DNA of 32,000 nt from Candidatus Saccharimonadota bacterium (GTDB lineage: Bacteria > Bacillota_I > Bacilli_A > Mycoplasmatales > Hepatoplasmataceae), in assembly GCA_027925225.1 (NCBI GenBank), contig AP027131.1:630001-662000 (forward strand). The letters run 5' to 3'. The notes beneath the pieces were generated by a model. That model was not told the DNA's origin. It saw nothing but the letters and a program-made list of their open reading frames with translations, and did not search any database. Of the stretch, positions 1 to 11,204 are shown one piece after another (position 1 is the stretch's first letter; every line of letters begins with the position of its first letter). The position numbers and the translations under genes were made by a program.

Positions 1-40
1 ATCCGTAGTCAGACGCTCTATCCAGTTGAGCTACGAACGC
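1..40 (-). tRNA. tRNA-Arg (anticodon ACG), 5' half only; the 3' half lies outside the window
   Basis: The reverse complement reads GCGTTCGTAGCTCAACTGGATAGAGCGTCTGACTACGGAT. This gives an acceptor 5' arm, a D-arm GCTC/GAGC and an anticodon stem with loop CTACGGA (ACG). The feature is truncated at position 1. Confidence 0.8.
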
Positions 41-41
41 A

Positions 42-126
42 TGGTGCGGGTGGAGGGACTCGAACCCTCACGTCTCTCGACACTAGATCCTAAGTCTAGC
101 GTGTCTGCCAATTCCACCACACCCGC
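42..126 (-). tRNA. tRNA-Leu (anticodon UAG), class II with long variable arm
   Basis: The reverse complement is GCGGGTGTGGTGGAATTGGCAGACACGCTAGACTTAGGATCTAGTGTCGAGAGACGTGAGGGTTCGAGTCCCTCCACCCGCACCA. The acceptor pairs GCGGGTG/CACCCGC, the anticodon loop is CTTAGGA, the T-loop is TTCGAGT and CCA is encoded. Confidence 0.93.
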
Positions 127-129
127 ACA

Positions 130-206
130 TGGTGCCGTTGATAGGAATCGAACCTACGACCTACTGATTACAAGTCAGTTGCTCTGGCCTGCTGAGCTAC
201 AACGGC
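130..206 (-). tRNA. tRNA-Thr (anticodon UGU)
   Basis: The reverse complement is GCCGTTGTAGCTCAGCAGGCCAGAGCAACTGACTTGTAATCAGTAGGTCGTAGGTTCGATTCCTATCAACGGCACCA. The acceptor pairs GCCGTTG/CAACGGC, the anticodon stem is ACTGA/TCAGT with loop CTTGTAA, and CCA is encoded. Confidence 0.93.
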
Positions 207-220
207 TTGGGTTGTAAGAT

Positions 221-296
221 TGGTGGGGCATATAGGACTTGAACCTATGACCTCCTGCTTGTAAGGCAGATGCTCTCCCAACTGAGCTAATACCCC
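221..296 (-). tRNA. tRNA-Val (anticodon UAC)
   Basis: The reverse complement is GGGGTATTAGCTCAGTTGGGAGAGCATCTGCCTTACAAGCAGGAGGTCATAGGTTCAAGTCCTATATGCCCCACCA. It folds as a cloverleaf with anticodon loop CTTACAA, T-loop TTCAAGT and encoded CCA. Confidence 0.93.
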
Positions 297-301
297 TTTA
301 T

Positions 302-377
302 TGGTGACCCATACGGGACTCGAACCCGTGAATGCTAGGATGAAAACCTAGTGTGTTAACCTCTTCACCAATGGGCC
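302..377 (-). tRNA. tRNA-Glu (anticodon UUC)
   Basis: The reverse complement is GGCCCATTGGTGAAGAGGTTAACACACTAGGTTTTCATCCTAGCATTCACGGGTTCGAGTCCCGTATGGGTCACCA. The anticodon stem is CTAGG/CCTAG with loop TTTTCAT, and CCA is encoded. Confidence 0.93.
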
Positions 378-383
378 AAAAAA

Positions 384-458
384 TGGCGCTCCGGAGAGGA
401 TTCGAACCTCCGACCAACTGGTTAACAGCCAGCTGCTCTACCGCTGAGCTACCAGAGC
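384..458 (-). tRNA. tRNA-Asn (anticodon GUU); first gene of the cluster in transcription order
   Basis: The reverse complement is GCTCTGGTAGCTCAGCGGTAGAGCAGCTGGCTGTTAACCAGTTGGTCGGAGGTTCGAATCCTCTCCGGAGCGCCA. The anticodon loop is CTGTTAA, the T-loop is TTCGAAT and CCA is encoded. Confidence 0.93.
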
Positions 459-488
459 AATGTGTCTTTTAAAATTCTATACCCTTAT

Positions 489-497
489 ATTATAGCA
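489..497 (-). promoter_or_regulatory. Putative extended -10 promoter (TGCTATAAT) for the tRNA cluster
   Basis: The minus strand reads TGCTATAAT about 30 nt upstream of the tRNA-Asn 5' end. No other gene lies between it and the cluster. TATAAT-like strings are common in DNA this AT-rich, so the call is tentative. Confidence 0.4.
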
Positions 498-671
498 AAA
501 AAGAACCCTATTATTATACTTCAAGCATAATCAAAGATGTACAATGAATATTAAAATGTATTAATTATCTTATTACTTCCTATGAATAATGATAGTTTAT
601 TATAATAAAAAAAATCTAAAAAATTAAAAAAAATATATTTTTGTTATTATCTTTATAATAAGAGTTTAATA

Positions 672-1364
672 ATGAAATTCATAGGTAAAAAAGAAATGAA
701 AAAGAAAAATATAGCAATCTTTGGTGCCGGTAGATTTAGTAGTTTTCTTATACAACAACTTTCTAGATTTCCACGTTATAAAATTACATTGATAGAAAAA
801 GATGAAATAAAAGCTAGAGCATTATCTGATCATGTAGAAGAAACATATATAGGCGATGCAACAGATGAAGCTTTTTTAACAAAATTACATTTAAAAAACA
901 TTGATATATTTGTAGTTGGAATTGGAGACAATATTCAAAACTCTATTTTGATTTGTTCAATTTTACAAGAAAAATATACTGGTTTAATAATTGCAAAAGC
1001 AGTAGATCTTAGACATGAAGAAGTATTAAGAAAGATAGGAATAAAAGAAGTAATAAATTTACAAACAAACGCTGCTAGAGTAGCTCTTTTAAAAATAATT
1101 AATCCTATTTTAGGAAGTATTGATAGAAAAAATTTAATTGAATTAGATGAAGAAATTTCATTTTTACGTACAGGAATAAGTGAGAAATGAAAAAATAGAA
1201 CAGTTCAAGAAATTAATCTTCCTCAAACCATTTCTATTGTTCTAGTACAAAGAGATAAAAAAAATCTAATTGTATCCGGACATACAATTATAAAAGAAGA
1301 AGATAATCTAATCATTTTAGGAAGAAATGAAGAATTAAATAAATTAATAAAAGATTACTTCTAA
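672..1364 (+). CDS. ktrA: TrkA/KtrA-type RCK subunit of a K+ uptake system (230 aa with TGA=Trp)
   Basis: ORF 672..1190 continues through TGA at 1188 to TAA at 1362. The N-terminus has a Rossmann motif, NIAIFGAGRFS (TrkA-N). The C-terminal segment (LPQTISIVLVQRDKKNLIVSGHTIIKEEDNLIILG) looks like TrkA-C/RCK_C. An alternative start at ATG 696 (MKKKNIAIFGAG, preceded by AGGTAA) is equally plausible. Confidence 0.85.
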
Positions 1365-1406
1365 TAATTAAATAGTTTTATAATAAACTTAATTTTAATT
1401 TTCAAA

Positions 1407-3068
1407 ATGACAAAAATGAAAAATAATAATAATTTAACAGAAGAAAAATTTGTCAATGAATCAACAAAAATAAAAGAAGTTGATCCTAATAAAAAAAGGA
1501 AAAAGACAGGTTTTGATTTAGATAAATCTTCAACATGAAGTAATTTTTGAAGAATATGAATTCCAACAATAGTAACTCAATTAATTGCTGGAACTTTTAT
1601 TGTGTTTGACACAATGTTTATTGCTCATGGTTATCATAGTGGAAACATAGGGGATATATGAACATGAAATTCAGATGTTGCTTATGCTGCGATTGGTCCT
1701 AGTGGTACCGCTTTTGCAATGCCTTATACATTATTGATGGTTTCTATGGGGCTTTTAATAGGTGGGGGAATTTCTATTAAAGTAATCAAACAAAAAGCAG
1801 TTGGTGATGATGAAGGTGCAAAAAAAACAATGAATAACCTTACTCCAATTGTTTTAATGTATGGTCTTGTAATGACAGGAGTTTTCTTTATAGGAGCAAA
1901 GTTTTTTATATGGCTAGGTTCTGGTTTTCAAACTGTATTTCTTGATAATTGATTTAATAATCCTCTACTTAATTCAGATTGAAATGGTTCAATTACTGAT
2001 AATACAATGAATGTAGACGCTGCTGGACAATTGTTTCAACAAGCAGGTTGATATCTAAGAATTCAAGCATTAGGGTCAATACCTTATATTTATATGATTG
2101 CTTCACAAATTACTTTAAGAGTAGAAGGTAAATCAAATAGAGGAATTAGATATACTGGTGCTTCTCTTGCAATGAATATAGTACTTGACTTTTTATTTAT
2201 TGTTGTCTTTGGTTTAAATTTAGTTGGTGCTGCATTAGCTACAGTAATAGCACAAACATTAGCTGCAAGTCTTTATTATAGATACTATAGAAGAGAATTT
2301 CCAATAAAAATGGATAGTTTTAGCTGATCAGAAGGAAGAAAAGATGTAAAAGAAGTTTCAAAACTTGGAACTTCTACAATGTTTTTACAGCTTATTTCAA
2401 TGTTAATTCTTTTAACATTTACAATTTCAATCGGTGTTGTTTATTATGATGATTTTAATGCTTCATTAAATTTCACATCCGCCTTTCAGGGATATTTCTC
2501 ACTCTTTGTTTTATTTATCCTTCCAGTAAACGGAACGGCACAAGCTACCTCTGCTGTTGCATCCTACAATTATCAAAAAAAGCGTCCTGAAAAAATTTAC
2601 GAAGTTAGAAAAATAGGATTTTCAATTACATTATTCTACTCTTTTTTAATTACTTTATTAGTTTTATTTTATCCAAATATAACCCAAGCTTTTGGTCAAC
2701 CATCGATTGGTAATTTTTATCCACAAAGAATGGCTCAAATAATGTTTTTTACCTTCACATTAACTAGTTTAACTTTATTAAATTCTATTTATTTACAATC
2801 TACAGGAAAAGAAAAAGGAGCAATGACTATTCTATTTATAAAATCTTTATTGATTTTACCAATTGCTCTTATAATAGGTTTTGCAACAAAAGATGCAGTT
2901 GCAAATGGAACAAATTGATCTTGAGGAAGTAATGAAATAAATGCTCCATATTCAGTCTTCCTATTTTACACAATACCAATAATAGATATAATTACATTCC
3001 CATTTGTGATAAAACAATTTAGTGATGCAAATAAAAGAATTAGTAAAATGGAGAATACTCAAAAATAA
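1407..3068 (+). CDS. MATE-family multidrug/oligosaccharidyl-lipid efflux transporter (553 aa)
   Basis: ORF fragments 1719..1952, 2094..2327 and 2379..2918 share a frame with ATG 1407 and are joined by TGA codons. I checked that there is no in-frame TAA or TAG. The protein is polytopic, with MATE-like segments (LVGAALATVIAQTLAASLYYRYY; GTAQATSAVASYNYQ). It ends at TAA 3066. Confidence 0.75.
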
Positions 3069-3099
3069 AAGAAAAGAATAAAAATAAATTAAAAATTAT

Positions 3100-4734
3100 T
3101 TAACTAAAAAGAATATCTAATTTATCTCTTATATTACTCATTAAATTTATATATATTTTTAAAATTGGTTCTGTTCCTGAATTTCTTATTAAAATATTAG
3201 ATCCATCAGAAAAAATAAATTCAGTTACATCGCTTTTAGGAATATCTTTATATCCATTTTTATAATCTCTTATTTCTATTAAATCAATATTTATAAAGTC
3301 TTTGTTTTTTAATTTATTTATTAATTTATTTATTAAATTAGAATAATTTTCATTACTTTTTTCTAAATTTATAATTCTTAATTCTGTATGAAAATATCCA
3401 TATTCTTTTTTAATATCATCTAAATAATCTATTAAAGTTTTATTATATTTACCCTTCATTTCATATGCTATTTCTATTACAGAAATAAGGCTTTGAAAGA
3501 AGTCTTTATCTCTTGTAATGTCATAATTAAAAATAGAACCATTTGATTCTTCTCATGCAAAAAGAAGTTTTGAGTGTTTATTTTCTTCCAATATCTCTTT
3601 TACTTTTTCTGAAATATTTGCAAAACCAGTAATTGTAGAGTAATGTTTTACATTATATTTTTCTAACATTTTGTCTAAATATTTTGAAGTTACAATAGAG
3701 TTTACTGTAAAAGTATTTTTTAAATTTATTTTTTTTCTTTTAATGTTTTTAAGTAAATAATGTAGTTGAATAATTGGTAATTCATTTCCATTTAATAATC
3801 TTCAATTACCACCGTTTCTTACCATTACCCCTATTCGATCTGCATCTGGGTCAGAGCCAATTAAAATATCTGCATTAAATTTATTTCCATATATTTTTGA
3901 AAAATAAAATGAATCTTCAAATTGCGGATTAGGATTTTTTGAATTGCTAAATTCTTCATCAAAATTACTCTGTTCATTTACAATAGCAAAATCTACTTTT
4001 AATTTTTCTAAAATTGGTTTTGTTATTGTTATTCCAGCCCCGTGATTTGAATTATAAATAATTTTAAAATTATGTTTTTTTTCTAAAGGGGGTTTTAAAA
4101 AATTAAATAAATCATCTATATATTTATAAATAAAAAAATCATCTAAATAATAAATATTATCTTCATTCATTTTAAAATTAAAATAATCATCTATATTATT
4201 TAAATGTTTTTTAAATAAATTTATAAAATCTTTTCCTATTTGTTTTCCAAAAGAATCATAAAATTTCATTCCACTATATTCTTTTGTATTATGAGAAGCT
4301 GTTACATTTATTCCTCCCAATAATTTTTTTTCAATTATTAAATAGGATAAAAAAGGAGTAACCAAAGGTTCGTTATTTTTATAAAGAAAAACAGGAATCC
4401 CAAAAGCAGAGAGAATTTTTGCAGCAGTAAAAGAAAATAATCTTCCATATTTTCTATTATCATGAAAAATTACCAATCCATCTTTTAAATTTGATTTACT
4501 TTCTTTTAAAGTTAAACCAAAACAATATGCAAATTTTGAAATAGTATATTTATTAATATATTTGGTTCCTGACTTTATTTCACCTCTTATACCAGCAGTA
4601 CCAAAATCAATTTCTTTACTAAATCTATCTATCTTTTCTTTTTCTGAAAGAGACATTAAAATTGATAATGTTTCTTTATCTTCAACGTTTTCAATTCATT
4701 TTTTATAAATAATATTAAAATTTTCTTGGCTCAT
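3100..4734 (-). CDS. Alpha-D-phosphohexomutase (phosphoglucomutase/phosphomannomutase), 544 aa
   Basis: Fragments 3100..3459 and 3802..4656 and the gap between them are in one frame. The start is ATG at 4734 (MSQENFNIIYKKW...). Motifs: GTAGIRG, the catalytic-Ser loop TASHN, the Mg site GSDPDADR and the sugar/phosphate loop RNSGTEP. Confidence 0.92.
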
Positions 4735-4740
4735 AAATTA

Positions 4741-5436
4741 TTAAAAATATGGTTTGCTTAAAATTTGGTTATGTCTTCTTGGAAGTGAGGAATTTTTTCA
4801 ACCTAATTTTTTAAAAATAACAAAATATCTTTTTAAATTTTCTTCTAAATCTCAATCAAATATTTCATCTAATTTAACATCAAATTTAAAAATTATTTCT
4901 TCCTCGTTATAACCTTTTAATTCTTCTTTATAATTTTTACCTTTATAAAGAATCATACTTCCTTCTGGCTTTAACAAAAAAGAACCAATTTCAGTATTAA
5001 TTCCTGTTTGTGAAAATGCTCTAAAAATAACATAATCAAATTTAGCCAATAATTGTTTTTGAGTTTCAATTCTACCTCAAATTATTTCCACATTTTTAAG
5101 AAAAAACTTATTCTTAATTATATTTACTCAATTTATTTTTTTTCTATTTGAATCTATTAATGTGAAATTTACTTCAGGAAAAATAATAGCCAACACAAGT
5201 CCGGGAAATCCTCCTCCAGTACCAACATCAATAATATTTTCACCTTTTTTAAATTCAATAAATTTTGTAATACCAAGTGAATCTTTTATATTCTTTATAA
5301 AAAAATCTTCTTCTGAAACATTTGAAGAAAGATTAACAACTTTATTACCTTTTCTAAATTCAATATAAAATGAATCTAAATCTTCATATTGCTTTTTACT
5401 TAAGCAAAAATCTTTTAAATATTTTTCTGAATACAT
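4741..5436 (-). CDS. rsmG: 16S rRNA (guanine527-N7)-methyltransferase RsmG/GidB (231 aa)
   Basis: Fragments 5128..5436 and 4852..5049 are in frame. The TGA at 4852 is read through to TAA at 4741. The SAM-binding motif is IDVGTGGGFPGLVLAI. The gene lies near mnmG, as is typical for the gid genes. Confidence 0.9.
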
Positions 5437-5458
5437 ACATTACTATTATAATAGAAAA

Positions 5459-6397
5459 TTACCTTAAATCTTTTTTATAAGGCTTACCAGCAAAAGCAGG
5501 AGAAGAAGAGTTTTTTATAAATGGAAGAATAATTAACGGAAGAATAAATGGAATAATATTAAATAATTCATAAGGAAGTGCATCATTTAAATTTTGGAAA
5601 GTGACTCACATTGTTGAAACAGCAGTAAGTCCAGCAAAGGCAAGCGAAACTAAAAAAATAAAAATTACATTTCATTGTCCAATAATTAATATTGCAAGTG
5701 AAATAAATCCAGATCCATTTACTGTACCCGAAAATGTTCCAGACATTGCAATGGGAAACATTGCTCCGCCTATACCTGTAAAAAATCCAGCTAAAGTAAG
5801 AGCAATAACTCTTGTTTTATAAACAGAAACTCCTGCTGTTTCAAGAGCATAAGGATTTTCACCTGATGTTCTTAAATGTAATCCATAATGTGTTTTATTT
5901 ATAATTATTCAACCAATTACAATTACTAAAATTGAAATAGGAAGCATTATTATTGCTGTTGTATTTATCCCGCCTGCTCAAGATGCAGAGGTAGCTGTAA
6001 TATCAATTGAAATAGAATTACTATGAAGTACTGTTGTAATCATTAATACTGAAAAAGCAACAGAAAATAAATTTATTGCTGTTCCGGTTATTACTTGATC
6101 ACTCATAAAATAAACAGATGGTATCGTAAATACAATTGAAAAAACTGCTGTAACAAGTCCGGCAATTAAAATTGCAACATATGGCGTCGCCTTACCAAAG
6201 GTTTCTATAAAACCTTGATTTGAAAGAAGTAAAGCAAAAACCAGTGCTCCTATTATCATTTTTCCATCAAGTGCAATATTTACAATTCCAGATTTTTCTG
6301 ATAATAAACCTGCAAATGACCCCATTGTATATACAGCAATAAAGGCAAAAAAAGTTGAAATTCCTAAGGCTGCTGTTGATGAAATCCCAGTATCCAT
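5459..6397 (-). CDS. ABC transporter permease 2 (CUT2/BMP-type nucleoside or sugar importer), 312 aa
   Basis: ORF 5978..6397 continues through TGA codons to TAA at 5459. The protein is polytopic (…GENPYALETAGVSVYKTRVIALTLAGFFTGIGGA…). The Shine-Dalgarno sequence GGGGGTGA precedes the ATG, and the ATG overlaps the stop of the upstream permease (TAATG). Confidence 0.85.
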
Positions 6398-7758
6398 TAA
6401 TTATCACCCCCATTCATTATTTCATTTTTTGTATTTACATTTTTTGTAAAATTATCTTCTGAAAAATTAGAAATATTGATGTCTAAATTTAAAGAAGTAT
6501 TGGTGCTTTTGGTTACGGATTTAATACTTGCTTTTTGTGGTTTTTTTATTTTTTTACTATTTTTATCTTTTTTTACTTTTTTAGATTTTTCATTATTTTT
6601 GTCATTTTCATTTTTATCTTTTTCTTTATTTTCTTTATTTATTCAATCTAAAATAAATTGATGCGGTTTAACAATCATCACATAATTTGATATAGCCATA
6701 AATCATAAAATTATAGACATAATTACTGATCCAACATTTTGGTTTGCATAAATATTTAAAAAGGATTTTGAATTCTCAAATAGAGACATAAATATAGCGG
6801 CGCCAAATGCCCCCAATGGATTATTAAATCCAATTAATGCAATTGTAATTCCATTAAATGCCTCAGCCGGAAGATCACTTGTTAAAGTTGGTAAATTTTG
6901 ATTTGTTCCTAAATAAAAACAAGATCCGGCAAGACCAGCAAGGCCACCAGAAAGCATAAAGGCACTTCTTGTTTCTTTATTGTAATTTATTCCTGAGTAT
7001 ATTGAAGCACCCTTACTTTGTCCCAATATAGTTTGTTTTACACCTCAAGTTGTATATTTATAAAGAAATCAAATTGTTGGTAAAATGATAATTAAAATAA
7101 TTAGACCTATATTAATTGGGGAATCAGGAGCAAAAGAAAACCTTAATGAATTGCTATCTGGTATTGAAACAGATGCTCCTTCTCCACTTGGATAAAGTTG
7201 GGGAAAATTATTTGGATTAGAGAAAAATCTATAAAATCAATATACTACTCAATTAAGCATAATTGAGCTAACAACTTCATGTACACCAAATCTAGTTTTT
7301 AAAGTTGAAATTAATAATGCAATAGCTACCCCAACTAATATTGGTAAAAAAATCGAAACTAAGACTCCTATTCTTCCAGCATTCGGAATCACAAGAGTAG
7401 CAAATAAAAATCCTGCAAGTCCTCCTCCTACCATTTGAGCAGAAATACCAATATTAAAAAATCCGGCCCTAAAGGAAACAACCATGGATAAACCAATTAT
7501 TGTCATTCATGTAATTGTGCTTATTAAATTTTCAAAATCTTCTATTGATGAAAAATTTCCTTGAAAAAGAGCAATAAAAAGTGAGAAAGGAGAATAGCCA
7601 AAAAGAGCAAGTAAAAACATTCCTAAAAGTAGGCCTATTATAATCGAAAATAAAGAATAATAAAGGCCAAACTTATCGTGTTTTCTTTTTGCTTTTTTCT
7701 TTTTTTCTTCTGATTTTTTGTTTTCTGTTTTTACTTTTATTTTTGTTTCTTTATTCAT
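6397..7758 (-). CDS. ABC transporter permease 1 with Lys-rich N- and C-terminal tails (453 aa)
   Basis: Fragments 6703..7026, 7249..7506 and 7507..7758 are in one frame. The start is ATG 7758 (MNKETKIKVK…), which overlaps the ATPase stop as ATGAATAA. The TGA at 6703 is read through into an approximately 100-aa C-terminal segment (hydrophobic WFMAISNYVMIV, then Lys/Asn-rich) that ends at TAA 6397. Confidence 0.85.
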
Positions 7759-9382
7759 CAATTTCACCCACCAACATTCTAGAAATAGTTCCAAAATCAT
7801 ATTTTTTAGGTTTAATTATTTTTATAATTTGACCTTTATATAAAATTGCAATTCTTGTACATACTTCTATAAGTTCTGAGAGCTCTAGTGAATAAAGTAT
7901 TGTTGCTTTTCCTTTTGAGTTTTCTATCATATCTTTATAAATATCATTTATAGCTTTTATATCTAATCCTCTTGTAGGATAGCCAACAAGAAAAAGCGTA
8001 TGTCTATTTAATGCTTCTCTTCCATAAACAAATTTTTGTTGATTTCCTCCAGAAAGATTTCTAATAAATTGATTAACATTTTTTACGCCTTCAACATTAT
8101 ATTTATCAACAATTTCTTTTGATCATTCATATATTTTTTTTTCATCCATCACTATACTTTTGTTAAATTTTCAACTATATTTTTTAGAAAATTGCGCACT
8201 CCCAAAATCAGAAATTATTGAATTATATTTAATACTTTTATTTAAAAGAACACCATATTTAAATCTATCAATTGGAACATGAGACATAAATTTTTGTTTA
8301 TATTTTATTGGAAGATTAGTAATATCAAAAAAACCATTTTCTTCTTTTTTAAATTTCTTTTTATGAGAACTTTTTAAATAATCATCTTTATCATTAAAAA
8401 GTATTTTTGAATTTTTATCTGGTACTTTTAACCCTGCTATGGAATTTAAAATTTCTTCTTGTCCATTTCCTTCAATTCCAGCAAGACCAAATATTTCATT
8501 TTCATGAACTTCAAAATTAACATCTCTTACTGCATGAAAACCTCTTGATGTAAAATAATTTAAATTTTCTACTTTTAAAATTACATTTCTTTTTGCAATA
8601 GGAGCTTCAAATTTAATTTTTACTTCTTTTCCTATCATTAATTTTGAAATTACTGAAGGTGTAAATTTTGATTCATTTTTATAAGTACCTACTAATTTAC
8701 CTCTTTTTAAAATTGAAATTCTATCAGAGATTTTTTTTACTTCTTGTAATTTATGAGAAACAAAAATAACTAAAATTCCTTGTGCTTTTAATTGTTCTAC
8801 AATTTTTAAAAATAATTTAATTTCTCTTACCGAAAGAGTTGCTGTCGGTTCATCAAAAATTAAAACTTCTTTCTTCTCTCAAAGTGTTTTTAATATTTCT
8901 ACTTTTTGTCTATCTCCAATGTTTAATTTTTTTACAAGAGAATCTGGTTTTAAATTAATATTATAATTTTTAGTAATTTCATTAAAATGTTCTAATATTT
9001 TCTTTTTATTTAAAAATGGGCCTTTTCTATATTCTTTTTCTTGTCCAATTATTATGTTTTCAATTACAGTAAAATTTTCTACTAAATGAAAATGTTGATG
9101 AACCATTCCTATTTTATGTTTTGTTGCAGCTCCTTGATCATACATATTTACTTTTTTATTATTAATACGAATTTCTCCAGAATCTAAATTATATAAACCA
9201 AAAAGAATAGACATTAAAGTAGATTTTCCAGAACCATTTTCTCCTACAAGAGAATGAATTTCACCTTTTTTAAAAGAAATGCTGATATTATCATTTGCTA
9301 TTATTTGACCATTTAAAAATGATTTTGTAATATTTATTAAATCTATTTTATTTTCGTTTTGTTTTTTTGATAAATCATTCAT
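7751..9382 (-). CDS. ABC transporter ATP-binding protein, duplicated NBD (RbsA/NupO-like), 543 aa
   Basis: Fragments 8879..9382 and 8171..8638 are in frame. The first NBD has Walker A GENGSGKST and Walker B LIFDEPTA. The second NBD has GIEGNGQEE and the signature LSGGNQQK. The C-terminus is ISRMLVGEIDE. The Shine-Dalgarno sequence AGGGAGAAAG precedes ATG 9382. Confidence 0.92.
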
Positions 9383-9396
9383 TTCTTTCTCCCTAT

Positions 9397-11130
9397 TTAT
9401 TTATGATAAACATCTCAATCTGGAATTCATGGATATTCGCTATGCATACCAGAAGTTTTAATAACTGTTCCTGGGGCAGAAAATGTATTTGATGCATTTT
9501 CTATTACTGGATTTTGAGTAAAAGCATAATCAAGAAAATCAAAGAAGTCTCCTGTAAAGGGAGCATCAGAATGCAATTCATTATATTCTTCAATTAAAAT
9601 TTGAAATGATTCTTCTAGTATTGTTGAAGAGATAAAATTACAACCACCATTGTTATAAGTTCCAACTAATTCTGAACTATATCCATCAGGATACTGTTCA
9701 CCATAATCTTCATAAGATAAATCATTTGAATATGCTATATTGTTATCTCTATTTTCTTCGTCTGTATAATAAGATTCAACTTCTTCATCACTCATCTGAG
9801 CAAAATCTCTTTCTGTATAATCTGTTTTATATTCTTTTCATCCATAAATTTCTTTTGTTTCTCCATTATAAGTTACTTCTGTAGATTCTTCTGAAGTATG
9901 AGTAATTGCTCAATTTAAAATATATTCTATCGGAAGAGCATCGGAAGGAAATTCTCAATCATATTTTAAAATTAATCTATCAACATATCAAAGTCCAATT
10001 TGAATAGCTAATGGTATATTTTTTATAGCTGAACCTAAAACATAATCATTATAAGAAGGATATTGTTCACTAGCATCTGCATCAACACCAATTACCATAG
10101 TATTAACATAATCACTGTTTGAATTTTGATTAACAATTGAAATTTGGTTAAGTGCATCTACCACTTGTCCTCCAGCAACAGGGAAAATTACTTTTGAACC
10201 TGCATCTAATTGTTTTGTAGAAATTGTTGTTGCATCACCAATATTAAAAGAACCAGTATATCAAAGATTTGCGTTAGATTGGCTTGTAGGATTATTATAA
10301 TCTATAAATAATTCATTGCCTGTGGAACTACTATCTGAAAGTTTATAACCATTTATTAGGTGAATTGGGTCTAAATGATCTTCATATAAAAGTGCATCTT
10401 CATTTACTCATTCATAACTAAGGTCGTAACCCAAAACAGCTCAATTAAATCAATTTATTCCTTGCTCATATCCAGACATTCAATCAAATACCGAATTAAA
10501 TGCTTGTCCGCCAAATGCAGATACTTTATTTTCTTCATTTGCTGTAGCATAAATTGAAGCAGCAAGACCGGCAGCAAAACCAACATATTCAGTCTCAAAT
10601 CTTACAGAAATAACTTGTCTTGCAATTGATGAACTATGAACAGAATCATCAACAATAACCATTCATTTATCTTTATATTCATCATCAAAAATTGTTCCAT
10701 TATTATTTCTATAAAAACTACCATCTGAGTTATAAACAGTTTCTCCAATAATAGAATCAATAAGATTAAATCCTGTAGCCCCAATAAATTCTGTTCCATT
10801 ATTAAAAGCCATTTTTTGTAATTTTTGATATTCTTTAAAATCATTAATTGTAGTAGGTGTAAGATATCCTATTTTTGTGTAATCGCTATAATTTTCTTTA
10901 CTAAATTTGGCATAAGAATTAGCGCCATTAAGTGTGCTCTCGTTAAATGATTTATCAGATTCAATCGAATTAGACAACTCAACCATTCCGGGTTGAATTC
11001 CTTTATCTAAATATTCTCATTTTTTAGAAACAACAGAACCTATTAAAAGAGAAAGTCCGTAAGAAAGTCCAATCAGAATAACCAAAAAGATAATTAATAG
11101 GAGATAAAAAATTGATTTTCTCTTTTCCAT
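9397..11130 (-). CDS. BMP-family (PnrA/Med-like) ABC substrate-binding protein, enlarged (577 aa), with an N-terminal signal-anchor
   Basis: Fragments 10663..10986, 10480..10662 and 9427..9795 and all gaps are in one frame with no TAA or TAG. BMP-like motifs are present: VSAFGGQAFNSV, KVIFPVAGGQ and MVIGVDADASEQ. The N-terminus MEKRKSIFYLLLIIFLVILIGLSYGLSLLIG is hydrophobic but has no lipobox Cys. The gene is first in the operon with the ATPase and two permeases. Confidence 0.8.
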
Positions 11131-11204
11131 TTTTTTTATTAATATTATTCTACATAAAATATTTTTTATATGTATAAAATTATCCTTTTTTATTAAATGA
11201 TGAT

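Noticed and set aside
26-217. Plus-strand 63-aa ORF from the track.
   Set aside because: It lies entirely across the minus-strand tRNA-Arg, tRNA-Leu and tRNA-Thr genes. Its relatively GC-rich open frame is a by-product of tRNA sequence.
459-671. Possible c-di-AMP (ydaO-type) riboswitch or other leader RNA upstream of ktrA.
   Set aside because: The 213-nt region is almost pure A and T, with no conserved GC-paired helices or recognisable riboswitch core. I cannot support it.
5162-6661. Plus-strand ORFs 5162..5368, 5601..5822 and 6476..6661.
   Set aside because: They are antisense to rsmG and to the two ABC permeases, which have strong family motifs. The third is the mirror image of the Lys-rich permease tail, appearing as a Phe/Leu/Ser low-complexity sequence.
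7759-7800. N-terminal extension of the permease ORF (MILELFLECWWVKL…) as drawn in the track.
   Set aside because: It overlaps the conserved C-terminus of the ATPase (…ISRMLVGEIDE). The internal ATG 7758 gives the common ATGA-type (stop/start) coupled overlap and follows a GGTGGGTGA Shine-Dalgarno-like sequence.
10602-10844. Minus-strand 80-aa ORF in an alternative frame.
   Set aside because: It is fully nested, out of frame, inside the BMP-family binding-protein gene. It has no motif and its composition is an artefact of the AT-rich sequence.
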